NCBI GenBank assembly: GCA_035765735.1
Contig: DASTWY010000068.1
Coordinates: 44,893 to 108,892 of the forward strand
Direction: 5' to 3'
Source: Baekduia sp.
GTDB lineage: Bacteria > Actinomycetota > Thermoleophilia > Solirubrobacterales > Solirubrobacteraceae
Length of the DNA: 64,000 nucleotides
A model generated the notes under the pieces. It saw only the letters and a list, made by a program, of their open reading frames with translations. It was not told where the DNA came from and made no database searches. Every line of letters begins with the position of its first letter. Positions within the stretch are counted from its first letter, which is position 1. Position numbers and translations under genes: made by a program. Positions 43,058 through 52,886 of the stretch are shown here, one piece after another.

Positions 43058-43131
43058 GGTGGGCGTAGCTCAGCTGGTAGAGCTCCTGGTTGTGGTCCAG
43101 GCGGTCGGGGGTTCGAGTCCCCTCGCTCACC
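43058..43131 (+). tRNA. tRNA-His: tRNA-His (anticodon GTG)
   Basis: Folded manually. G-1 (43058) pairs with discriminator C (43131). The acceptor is GTGGGCG/CGCTCAC with one G.U pair. The D arm is GCTC-AGCTGGTA-GAGC. The anticodon arm is CCTGG-TTGTGGT-CCAGG. The T arm is GGGGG-TTCGAGT-CCCCT. CCA is not encoded. Confidence 0.93.
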
Positions 43132-43173
43132 CTCCATCTGCCCCGACGACGGCGCGTCGGCGGGTGCTCCGCT

Positions 43174-44229
43174 TCAGCGCCTGACGGTGCTGCTGCGGCT
43201 GGTGTGCGGCGCCCCGGCGCGTTCCCGCGCCCGCCTGATCGCTTCGTCGAAGACGGAGATCCACTGGTCGGCGTGTCGGTCGATCGACTGGGTCCTGGCC
43301 CACGCAGCCGCGCGGCGGCGCAGGCGCAGTCGGAGCATCCGGGACCGGATGAGCCGGTCGAGTGCCTGCTCCCACTCGCCGTCGTCGACGAGCAGGCCGC
43401 CCTGACGCTCGCCGAGGCCGACGTACGGGCCGCGGTTCGATGCGATCCACGGGGTTCCGACCGCGGCGTACTCCTTGACCTTGACGTTCGAGCGCAGATA
43501 GCTCATGGGGATGTCGGCGATCGGCGCGATCCCGATGTCGAGGCCGCGGAGGACGTTGTGCAGCTCGGCGTGCGGCACCAGCCGGTGGCGGAAGTACCGG
43601 CCTTCGTCGAGATCTCGCAGCGCGAGCCCGACGGAGACGACCTGCACGCGATCGTGCCGGGCCATCACCCGCCGCAGGACGTCGTGGATGCCGAGCGCAT
43701 TGGCATCCGCCTCGTGCTCGTGGCCTGCCACCCAGCCGATCACGAGCCCTTCGTGAAGCCGGATGGCGCGTGAGTACTGCTCGGAGCCGAGGTAGTTCTC
43801 GATCGGCCGGACGCACGCCGCGCCGGCGCGGCGGTACACCTCGGCGAGCATCTCGCTCGTCGTCGTCACGACGTCCGCACGGCGGAGCATCATCATCTGG
43901 AGCACGAAGTCGCGCTCTGCGCCGTAGCTGCTGTATCCAACGCGGCGCTTGCTGGCCGGTGGGGCGCGGCGCAGGTCGTCGTCGTTGTCCCACGTGAGCG
44001 CGATCCCCCGGGCGCGCAGCTGGTCGGTGTGGTGACGGACGACCACGTCCGCGCGGCGGTAGACGTGCACGACGTCGCAGTGATGCAGAGGCCGTGGGTC
44101 GAGCGTGCCATCGGGCTGCTGGACGACGACCTCCACCTCGTGGCCGCGCTTCCGCAGCGCCTCGGCTGGCCTCAGGGCCCGGTAGGCGATGTTGAAGACG
44201 TCGTGGTTGACGATCATGCCGATGCGCAT
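43174..44229 (-). CDS. Glycosyltransferase (GT-B fold, GT1/GT4-like)
   Basis: The start MRIGMIVNHDVFNI... and the conserved C-terminal region (APIADIP...SNVKVKEYAAVGTPWIAS) resemble the E-x7-E region of GT-B enzymes. The family is not resolved further. Confidence 0.7.
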   Translation of the reverse strand: MRIGMIVNHDVFNIAYRALRPAEALRKRGHEVEVVVQQPDGTLDPRPLHHCDVVHVYRRADVVVRHHTDQLRARGIALTWDNDDDLRRAPPASKRRVGYSSYGAERDFVLQMMMLRRADVVTTTSEMLAEVYRRAGAACVRPIENYLGSEQYSRAIRLHEGLVIGWVAGHEHEADANALGIHDVLRRVMARHDRVQVVSVGLALRDLDEGRYFRHRLVPHAELHNVLRGLDIGIAPIADIPMSYLRSNVKVKEYAAVGTPWIASNRGPYVGLGERQGGLLVDDGEWEQALDRLIRSRMLRLRLRRRAAAWARTQSIDRHADQWISVFDEAIRRARERAGAPHTSRSSTVRR

Positions 44230-44383
44230 CGAGTCCCTCGCGATCGCGGCCAGCGGACCGCGATTGTGCACTCCGGCTCAGCGCTGTGCAAGGCCCACCA
44301 CCTCATCGAGGGATGCGGCGGGAGCCGGGCCTCCGTCCGCCGCGACCTCGACGGGGAGGGGAGTCGTGCTACTGAGGTGCCCG

Positions 44384-45076
44384 TCACCGCACGCCGGCGG
44401 CGACCTCGTGGCGCACCTCGCCGGCCCCGCCGAACGCCACCAGCCCCTCCGCCCGCCGGCGCAGCTGCTGCAGCTGGCGCACCTGCATGATCACGTGGGC
44501 GGGGTGCCAGAACGCGAGGTCGAGCGGGCGCGTCAGCAGGCGCGGCGCGCTCGCCGCGCCGCTGCGCACGAGCACGCGCGTGCCGCCGTCCGGCTGCGGG
44601 TCGAGGAAGAACTCCCACCGCGCGTCGACGAACGCCCGCGGTCGCGGGCCGCCGGAGTCGTGCGAGCGCCCGCGGAGGTCGTTCAGCGACCGCAGCACGA
44701 GCGAGTGCGGCGGCTGCGCGTGGGCGACCTCGAACCAGGTGCGCCCGGGCACGCTGACGATCCGGTCGCCCTCGGCGACGTGGATCCACTCCGGGTGCAG
44801 CTGGTCGTCGCTGGGGATCCCGGCGCGATCCAGCCGGTCCCACGAGTACCACCCGGCGCGCTCGAACCCCATCTGCGCCAGCCACGGGTAGATCGCCGCC
44901 GGCGGCGCGTGGATCGTCGCCGCCATCGTCGTGACGTCGCGCTCGCCGGGGATCAGCCCGTCGCCGGGCAGCGGGCGGATGCGCTCGTCGATCGTCGCGC
45001 CCCAGTGGCGCAGCGGCGAGCGGGCGGCCAGCGCGGCGAGGGCGGCGGCGGTCAGGACGAGGCGGGCGCGGGACAT
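44384..45076 (-). CDS. SRPBCC (START/polyketide-cyclase-like) family protein
   Basis: IHAPPAAIYPWLAQMGFERAGWYSWDRLD... is typical of actinobacterial SRPBCC proteins. 230 aa. Confidence 0.75.
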   Translation of the reverse strand: MSRARLVLTAAALAALAARSPLRHWGATIDERIRPLPGDGLIPGERDVTTMAATIHAPPAAIYPWLAQMGFERAGWYSWDRLDRAGIPSDDQLHPEWIHVAEGDRIVSVPGRTWFEVAHAQPPHSLVLRSLNDLRGRSHDSGGPRPRAFVDARWEFFLDPQPDGGTRVLVRSGAASAPRLLTRPLDLAFWHPAHVIMQVRQLQQLRRRAEGLVAFGGAGEVRHEVAAGVR

Positions 45077-45168
45077 GGCCCGACGCTACGGCCGCGCCGG
45101 GCTCCCGCCATCCGGGCAGGCGCGCGCGCCGGCCGCGGGTTTTCCGCAGCCGGCGCGACGGCTCGGGC

Positions 45169-46671
<1,503 letters not shown>

Positions 46672-46796
46672 CGCTCTCTAGCTTCGCGCACCGAGGGCCG
46701 ACGTTCCGGCGCGGTGAGGGCGTGGTGGCTGTACGGAGCGGCGCGGATGGTGGCCCAGCGATCGAAGAAGGATCGGATGCCGATATATTGGCTGTC

Positions 46797-48617
46797 GTGA
46801 TCGACCAGCCGCCCGCGCACCGACCCCTCGCCGACTTCACCGCCACCCGCGACCTGGTGCGCCACGTCCTGCTGGCGTGCCTCGTCGGCGGCGCGGTCGC
46901 CGTGCTCGCGCTCGGCCTGCTCGACCTCATCGCGGTGCTGACGCACCTGCTCTACAGCGGTCGCCTGAGCACGAAGACGTCCTCGCCGGACACGGCGCCG
47001 CTCGGCGTGCTCAGCGCGCTGATCCCCGTCGTCGGCGGCCTGGCCGTGGGGCTCATGGCGCGGTTCGGCTCGGAGCGCATCCGCGGCCACGGCATCCCGG
47101 AGGCGATGGAGACGATCCTCCTGCGCGGCAGCCGCATGGAGCCCCGGCTGGCGGTGCTCAAGCCGCTGTCGAGCGCGATCAGCATCGGCTCCGGCGGCCC
47201 GTTCGGCGCCGAGGGGCCGATCATCGTCACCGGCGGGGCGGTGGGCAGCATCGCCGGCCAGATGCTGCACCTGACCGCGGCCGAGCGGCGCGCGCTGCTC
47301 GTCGCCGGCGCGGCGGGCGGCATGACGGCCGTCTTCGGCACGCCGCTGGCCGGGGTGCTGCTGGCGATCGAGCTGCTGCTGTTCGAGTGGCGCCCGCGCT
47401 CGGTCGTGCCGGTCGCGGCGGCCGCCGCCTGCGCTGCCGTGGTCCGGCAGGTGCTCGCCGCCCACGGGCTGCTGCCCGGCGTGCCGCTGTTCGAGCTGTC
47501 GCCCGAGGCGCTGAGCACGATGCCCGCCACGACGATGGCGGCCGGCGCCGTGGTCATCGGCCTGGCCTGCGGCGCGTTGGCCTGGGCGATGACGCGCTGC
47601 GTCTACCTGGCGGAGGACCTGTTCGCCAAGCTGCCGTTGCACTGGTCGTGGTGGCCGGCGCTGGGCGGCCTCGTCGTCGGCATCGGCGGGCTGGTCGAGC
47701 CGCGCGTGCTCGGCGTCGGCTACGGCACGATCGGCGACGAGCTGGCGGGGCGGCTGGCGCTCGGCGTGCTGGTCGCGGTGCTCGTGACGAAGCTCATCGT
47801 GTGGGCGGTCGCGCTGGGGTCGAACACCAGCGGCGGGATCCTCGCGCCGCTGCTCATGCTCGGCGCCGCCGCCGGCGGCATCCTCGGCCATGTGCTGCCC
47901 GACGCGCCGCCCGGCAGCTACGCGCTGCTCGGCCTCGCCGCCGCGATGGCGGGGGTCATGCGCTCGCCGATCACCAGCATCGTCTTCGCCGTCGAGCTGA
48001 CCCACGACGTCGACGCCGTCGTCCCCCTCGTGGTGGCGTGCGGCGTGGCGCACCTGGCGAGCGTGCTGACGCTGCCGCGCTCGATCCTCACCGAGAAGAT
48101 CGCCCGCCGCGGCTACCACGTCAGCCGCGAGTACGCCGTCGACCCGCTCGAAGCGCTGTTCGTCCGTGACGTGATGGAAACCGATGTCGTGACCATCGCA
48201 CCCGGCGCCGACGCCGGCTCGCTCTACGCCCGGCTGCCCGAGGGCAGCGACGCGCGCCGGCAGCGGCTCTATCCGGTGGTGGGGGCGAGCGACGGCCTGC
48301 TCGGCGTGGTGCCGTTCTCGGCGCTGCTGGCCTCCCGCGACGACCCCGAGGTGCGCGTCGCCGACCTCGCCCGGCTGCCGGCGGTCGCGCGCCCGGAGGA
48401 GACCCTGCGGCAGGCCGCCGACCGCATGGTGGCCGAGGGCCACGGGGTCCTGCCGGTGGTCGACGGGCCGGACGGGACGCGGCTCGTCGGCCTGGTCACG
48501 CAGTTCGACCTGCTGCGCGCCCACGAGCGCGTCCTGGTGGAGGAGCGCCACCGCGCGCGGCCGCTGGTGCCGCACCGGCTGCGCGGCCTGCGGCCGGCGC
48601 GGGAGACCGCGCGATGA
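46797..48617 (+). CDS. ClC-family chloride channel/antiporter with C-terminal CBS pair
   Basis: Motifs are GHGIPEAM, GSGGPFGAEGP (gating Glu) and GGILAPLLMLGAAAGG. The C-terminal CBS-like halves contain VRDVMETDVVTI and GLVTQFDLL. The start is uncertain (GTG 46797, TTG 46788, or track 46722). Confidence 0.85.
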   Translation: MIDQPPAHRPLADFTATRDLVRHVLLACLVGGAVAVLALGLLDLIAVLTHLLYSGRLSTKTSSPDTAPLGVLSALIPVVGGLAVGLMARFGSERIRGHGIPEAMETILLRGSRMEPRLAVLKPLSSAISIGSGGPFGAEGPIIVTGGAVGSIAGQMLHLTAAERRALLVAGAAGGMTAVFGTPLAGVLLAIELLLFEWRPRSVVPVAAAAACAAVVRQVLAAHGLLPGVPLFELSPEALSTMPATTMAAGAVVIGLACGALAWAMTRCVYLAEDLFAKLPLHWSWWPALGGLVVGIGGLVEPRVLGVGYGTIGDELAGRLALGVLVAVLVTKLIVWAVALGSNTSGGILAPLLMLGAAAGGILGHVLPDAPPGSYALLGLAAAMAGVMRSPITSIVFAVELTHDVDAVVPLVVACGVAHLASVLTLPRSILTEKIARRGYHVSREYAVDPLEALFVRDVMETDVVTIAPGADAGSLYARLPEGSDARRQRLYPVVGASDGLLGVVPFSALLASRDDPEVRVADLARLPAVARPEETLRQAADRMVAEGHGVLPVVDGPDGTRLVGLVTQFDLLRAHERVLVEERHRARPLVPHRLRGLRPARETAR

Positions 48618-49012
48618 GCGCGCCCAGCGACGCCGACTACGAGCGGCTGCTCGGGTTCCGCACCGAGCTCCGCCGCTTCGTGCTGTGGAGCGAGACGGCC
48701 GCGCGCGACGCCGGGCTCACGCCGGCGCTGCACCAGCTGCTGCTCGCCGTTCGCGGACAGCAGGCGGCCGGCGACGCGACGGTCGGCTCGGTCGCCGAGG
48801 CGCTGCTCGTCCGCCACCACACCGCCGTCGAGCTCGCGCAGCGCGCCGAGGAGCGCGGGCTGATCGTGCGGGCCAAGCACGACGACGACCATCGCCGCGT
48901 CCACCTGACCCTCACCGAGCTCGGCGCCGCGCGGCTCGACGAGCTGAGCCGCGAGCACCTGGAGCGGATCGGGCCGCTCGCGCAGCGGCTCGGCGTGCTC
49001 TCGGCGGTCTGA
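48614..49012 (+). CDS. MarR family transcriptional regulator
   Basis: The ATG overlaps the ClC stop by 4 nt. The wHTH is VGSVAEALLVRHHTAVELAQRAEERGLIVRAKHDDDHRRVHLTLTELG. Confidence 0.82.
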   Translation: MSAPSDADYERLLGFRTELRRFVLWSETAARDAGLTPALHQLLLAVRGQQAAGDATVGSVAEALLVRHHTAVELAQRAEERGLIVRAKHDDDHRRVHLTLTELGAARLDELSREHLERIGPLAQRLGVLSAV

Positions 49013-49016
49013 CGCG

Positions 49017-50045
49017 TCAGGCGGGGCGCCGCCGCGCCGCCGGCTCGAGGTCGGGGTTCTGCCAGCCGCCGTCGACGGGGTTGACGTTGACGCCGGGCGG
49101 GACGATCTCGTCGATGCGATCGAGGATCGCGTCGTCGAGCTGCACGTCGGCGGCGCCGAGCTGGGACTCGAGCTGCTCCATCGTCCGCGGGCCGATGATC
49201 GCGGAGGTCACCGCGGGGTGGCGGATGACGAACGCGAGCGCCAGGTGGATGAGCGAGATCCCGGACTCGTCGGCGAGCTGCCCGAGCGCGTCGGCGGCGT
49301 CGAGCTTGCGCTGGTTGGCGGGGTTGGAGAGGTCGTAGCGCTGGGGCAGGCGCTGCGCGCGCGTCGAGGTCGGCGCCTCGGCGCCCTTGCGCCACTTGCC
49401 CGACAGCCAGCCGCCGGCCAGCGGGCTCCACGGGATGACGCCCATCCCGTGCCGCCGGCAGGTGGGCAGGACGTCGTGCTCCACGCCGCGCACGAGCAGC
49501 GAGTACGGCGGCTGCTCGCAGACGAACCGCTCGCGGCCGCGGTCGCGCGCGACCCACTGCGCCTCGACGATCTGCGACGGCGGGAACGTCGACGAGCCGA
49601 TGTAGCGGACCTTGCCCTGGCGCACGAGGTCGGTCAGCGTGCCGAGCGTCTCGTCGATGTCGGTGTCCGGCTCGGGACGGTGGATCTGGTACAGGTCGAT
49701 GTAGTCGGTCTGCAACCGCCGCAGCGAGTCCTCGACCTCGCGGGTGATCCAGCGGCGCGAGTTGCCGAACTGGTTCGGGTCGTCGCCCATCGTCCCGTGG
49801 ACCTTGGTCGCGAGGACCACGTGCTCGCGGCGGCCGCCGGCCAGCGCCTTGCCGACTATCTGCTCCGACTCGCCGCGGGAGTACACGTCGGCGGTGTCGA
49901 TGAAGTTGATGCCGGCGTCCAGGGCCCGGTGGATGATCCGGATCGACTCGTCGTGGTCGGGGTTGCCCCAGGCGCCGAACATCATCGCTCCGAGGCAGAG
50001 CGGGCTGACCTGGACGCCGGTGCGGCCGAGCGGGCGGTGGTCCAT
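49017..50045 (-). CDS. Aldo/keto reductase
   Basis: MDHRPLGRTGVQVSPLCLGAMMFG...INFIDTADVYSRGESE...DYIDLYQIHRP gives the AKR catalytic tetrad context. The track ORF extension to 50267 runs into the repeats and is rejected. Confidence 0.9.
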   Translation of the reverse strand: MDHRPLGRTGVQVSPLCLGAMMFGAWGNPDHDESIRIIHRALDAGINFIDTADVYSRGESEQIVGKALAGGRREHVVLATKVHGTMGDDPNQFGNSRRWITREVEDSLRRLQTDYIDLYQIHRPEPDTDIDETLGTLTDLVRQGKVRYIGSSTFPPSQIVEAQWVARDRGRERFVCEQPPYSLLVRGVEHDVLPTCRRHGMGVIPWSPLAGGWLSGKWRKGAEAPTSTRAQRLPQRYDLSNPANQRKLDAADALGQLADESGISLIHLALAFVIRHPAVTSAIIGPRTMEQLESQLGAADVQLDDAILDRIDEIVPPGVNVNPVDGGWQNPDLEPAARRRPA

Positions 50046-50150
50046 GCCGCCGGGCCTACCCGCTGGCGACGCCGCGAACCGGCGCGGGGTTCGTGGCGCC
50101 GGCGCCGGCTCGCGGGCGCGGGCGCCGACGCGGGCGCGGGCGCGGGCCCC

Positions 50151-50513
50151 CTGGGGCGCGGGCGCGTTTGCGGTCATCACGTCCGCAACGGCGCCCGGGC
50201 CTGTGACAGGAGTGCGGAGACGGTGGGGGTGATGGCTCGACCTCGCTGCGGGCGCGTTTGCGGTCATGACGACCGTCGGGACGCCCGCGGCGCCTCGGGC
50301 GCACCCCCACCTCGGGCGCGGGCGCGTTTGCGGACCTCACGTCCGCAACGGCGCCCGGGCCTGTGACAGGAGTGCGGAGACGGTGGGGGTGATGGCTCGA
50401 CCTCGCTGCGGGCGCGTTTGCGGTCATTACGACCGTCGGGACGCCCGCGGCGCCTCGGGCGCACCCGCCACCTGGGGCGCCCGGGCATGTGACAGGAGTG
50501 CGGAGACGGCGGC
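50151..50513. repeat. Two near-identical 160-bp tandem units (50151-50310, 50311-50470) plus a partial third copy (50471-~50513)
   Basis: Read directly; the units differ at only a few positions. GGCGCGTTTGCGG occurs at 50161, 50251, 50321 and 50411. GTGACAGGAGTGCGGAGACGG occurs at about 50203, 50363 and 50488. The partial third copy lacks the 33-nt hairpin segment. Confidence 0.9.
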
Positions 50514-51392
50514 GGCGACCTGGCCCGGCTCGTAGCGCACCTGGTCCCAGGTGAACCGCACGACGCGGTGGCCGGCGAGGGTCAGCAGCTGGTCGCGCGC
50601 GCGGTCGGCGGCGAACTGCGCCGGCGTCATGTGCCACTCGAACCCGTCCGTCTCGATGACGAGGCGGGCCGCGGGCCACGCGAAGTCGACGCGCTCGCCC
50701 TCGACGTGCCCATTGACCATCGGCCGCGGGATCCCGTGGTCGTCGCAGAGCTGGAGGAAGCGCGTCTCCATCCGGCTGCGCAGATCCTCGGTGCCGCGGC
50801 CGTGCATCCGCACGATCATGGCCGTCGTTTCGCGGACGCCGCGATGGGTGGGGTGGCGGTCGACCACCGCGACGAGCTTCCGGAGGTCGAAGCGGCGCCG
50901 CCGCGACGCGCTGCGGACGAGCTGCTCGAGCTCGCGGCCGGGCAGGACGACGGCGAGGTCGAGGAGCGTGCGCTCCACGGTCGTGGTCGGGATGCCGCCG
51001 TGGACGCCGGCGTCTGCCGGGTCGAAGAGCTCCGGGCGGTGGATCCGGACGCCGGCGCGGCGAACGCGGCCGGCCCGCCCCGGCAGCGTCACGTGGATCC
51101 GGCTGCCCTCCGGCGGCCGCAGCCCCCAGTTGGCGGCGGCGTGGTGGTGGCTGAGGACGGCGCCACGGCCGACCGCGAGCACGGCGGCCATCCAACGGCC
51201 CTCCGGGCGCAGCCGGTCGTGCCCGAGCGCGTACACCCCGCGGTGGAGGCTCAGCAGGCGTCCGCTGCGCAGGCGGATGTCGATGAGATCGCGTGAGATG
51301 CCCGCGGCGAGCAGCTGCGAGCGGGCCACGACACCGTGTTGGCGCCGAGCAAGTTCACCAATGACACGGTCGCGGGCGTGTTGACGGTCCAT
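50427..51392 (-). CDS. DUF559 (Vsr-like endonuclease fold) protein with AbiEi-type N-terminal wHTH
   Basis: The start is MDRQHARDRVIGELARRQHGVVARSQLLAAGIS...LHRGVYALG. The C-terminus is RVDFAWPAARLVIETDGFEWHMTPAQFAADRARDQLLTLAGHRVVRFTW. The 3' ~90 nt lie inside the tandem repeat. Confidence 0.82.
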   Translation of the reverse strand: MDRQHARDRVIGELARRQHGVVARSQLLAAGISRDLIDIRLRSGRLLSLHRGVYALGHDRLRPEGRWMAAVLAVGRGAVLSHHHAAANWGLRPPEGSRIHVTLPGRAGRVRRAGVRIHRPELFDPADAGVHGGIPTTTVERTLLDLAVVLPGRELEQLVRSASRRRRFDLRKLVAVVDRHPTHRGVRETTAMIVRMHGRGTEDLRSRMETRFLQLCDDHGIPRPMVNGHVEGERVDFAWPAARLVIETDGFEWHMTPAQFAADRARDQLLTLAGHRVVRFTWDQVRYEPGQVAAAVSALLSHARAPQVAGAPEAPRASRRS

Positions 51393-51444
51393 GTGACCGT
51401 AGAGGCGCCCGGGCCGACGAGTGCTCCCCCCGCCGCTGGGACGC

Positions 51445-51486
51445 GGGCGTGTTTGCGGTCCCTTGGACCGCAAGGGCGCCCGGGCC
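51445..51486. repeat. Third copy of hairpin motif GGGCG(C/T)GTTTGCGG-loop-CCGCAA(C/G)GGCGCCCGGGCC
   Basis: GGGCGTGTTTGCGGTCCcttGGACCGCAAGGGCGCCCGGGCC has the same orientation as the copies at 50160-50201 and 50320-50361. It lies 53 nt upstream of the DUF559 start. Confidence 0.8.
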
Positions 51487-51539
51487 CGGCCCGCCCCCGC
51501 GCCCGCTTACCGCGCGGCGCGCGTGGAGATCACTGCCGT

Positions 51540-52886
51540 GTGACCGCCACCGCCCAGCCGGTCCCCGACCTCGAGCCCGCCATCCAGGCGCTCGGGCGCC
51601 GGCTGGCGGACCTCTCGGCGCGGCGGCGGCACCCCGTCGCGCGGGCCGAGGACCGCTTCACCGCGATGCTCGCCGCCGAGCCGGATCTCCGGGCCGCCCT
51701 GTTCCGCTTCGTCGACGTCCGGCCGGCCTGCGCCGACGAGGCCGACGTCGCCCGCCACCTCGCCGAGCTGCTGGCCACGGCGCCCGGCTCGGCCGCCCAG
51801 CGCGCCGCCGCGCTCGCGGGGCGCCCACTGGGCCGTACCGCTCTCGCGCGCCTCGCGTCGGCGGCCGTGACGCGCATGGCGCACCGCTTCATCGTCGGCC
51901 AGGACCCGGCGGCGGCCCTGCCGAAGGTGACCTCGCTCTGGACGCGCGGGATCGCCACCACCGTCGACCTCCTCGGCGAGGCGACGGTCACCGAGGCCGA
52001 GGCCGACCGCTACGCGCGCCGCTGCGCCGAGGCGCTGCGCACGCTGCACGACGCCGCGCGCGGCTGGCCGGCGCGCCCGCTGCTGGAGGCCGACGCCGCC
52101 GGCCCGATCCCGCGCGCGAACCTCTCGGTCAAGGTCTCGGCGCTCACGCCGGTGCTGCGGCCGCTGGCGCCCGAGCGCGGCATCGCCGACGCCCGCGAGC
52201 GGCTGCGGCGCCTCCTGCGCCTCGCGCGCGACCTCGGCGCGCACCTGCACGTCGACATGGAGACCTTCGACAGCCGCGACGCGGTGCTCGGCCTCACGCT
52301 CGAGCTGCTCGCCGAGCCGGAGTTCGCCGACGGCCCGTCGGCGGGCGTCGTCCTGCAGGCCTACCTGGAGGAGTCGCCCGAGCACCTGGACGCGCTGCTG
52401 GGCTGGGCCCGCGACCACCCGCGCGCGCAGCCGCTCACCGTCCGGCTCGTCAAGGGCGCCTACTGGGACCACGAGGTCGTCGAGGCCCGCCAGCACGGCT
52501 GGCGGCCGCCCGTCCACACCGACCGCCGCGCCTGCGACCGCACGTTCGAGCTGCTCACCCGCCGCCTCGTCGACGCCTTCCCGCTCGTGCGCCCGGCGAT
52601 CGCCTCGCACAACCTGCGCTCGCTGGCGCACGCCGTCGCGTACGCCGACGCGCGCGGCCTGACGCCGGCCGACGTCGAGCTGCAGGTGCTGCGCGGCCTC
52701 GGCGACGCCACGCAGGACGCGCTGGCCGCGGCTGGCCGGCGGGTGCGCTGCTATTGCCCGGTCGGCGACCTCGTCGCGGGCATGAGCTACCTCGTGCGCC
52801 GGCTGCTGGAGAACACCTCCAACGACTCGTTCCTCAGCGCGCAGGCCGCGGGGGAGGACCTCGACACGCTGCTGGAGGCGCCATGA
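51540..52886 (+). CDS. Proline dehydrogenase
   Basis: GTG 51540 is in the track frame. Motifs are SVKVSAL, HVDMETFDSRDA, VLQAYL, RLVKGAYWDHE, and the C-terminal YLVRRLLENTSNDSF typical of PutA-type PRODH. Confidence 0.88.
   Translation: MTATAQPVPDLEPAIQALGRRLADLSARRRHPVARAEDRFTAMLAAEPDLRAALFRFVDVRPACADEADVARHLAELLATAPGSAAQRAAALAGRPLGRTALARLASAAVTRMAHRFIVGQDPAAALPKVTSLWTRGIATTVDLLGEATVTEAEADRYARRCAEALRTLHDAARGWPARPLLEADAAGPIPRANLSVKVSALTPVLRPLAPERGIADARERLRRLLRLARDLGAHLHVDMETFDSRDAVLGLTLELLAEPEFADGPSAGVVLQAYLEESPEHLDALLGWARDHPRAQPLTVRLVKGAYWDHEVVEARQHGWRPPVHTDRRACDRTFELLTRRLVDAFPLVRPAIASHNLRSLAHAVAYADARGLTPADVELQVLRGLGDATQDALAAAGRRVRCYCPVGDLVAGMSYLVRRLLENTSNDSFLSAQAAGEDLDTLLEAP

Noticed and set aside
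43058-45076. tRNA-His as an integration site of a genomic island
   Set aside because: No integrase, excisionase or recognisable direct repeat of the tRNA 3' end was seen on either side. The downstream genes (glycosyltransferase, SRPBCC) look like ordinary chromosomal genes. I could not do an exhaustive repeat search by eye.
46672-46796. Fluoride (crcB-motif) riboswitch upstream of the ClC gene
   Set aside because: The segment GGAUGGUGGCCC...GAUCGGAUGCCGAUA only superficially resembles the GAUGG...CUGAUGA...CCUAC consensus I remember. The P1 and pseudoknot pairings do not form. The channel has the canonical gating Glu plus CBS domains rather than CLC-F features.
50151-50513. Possible CRISPR array
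   Set aside because: The units are 160 bp, directly abutting and near-identical, with no short repeat/unique spacer alternation. No cas genes are in the window.
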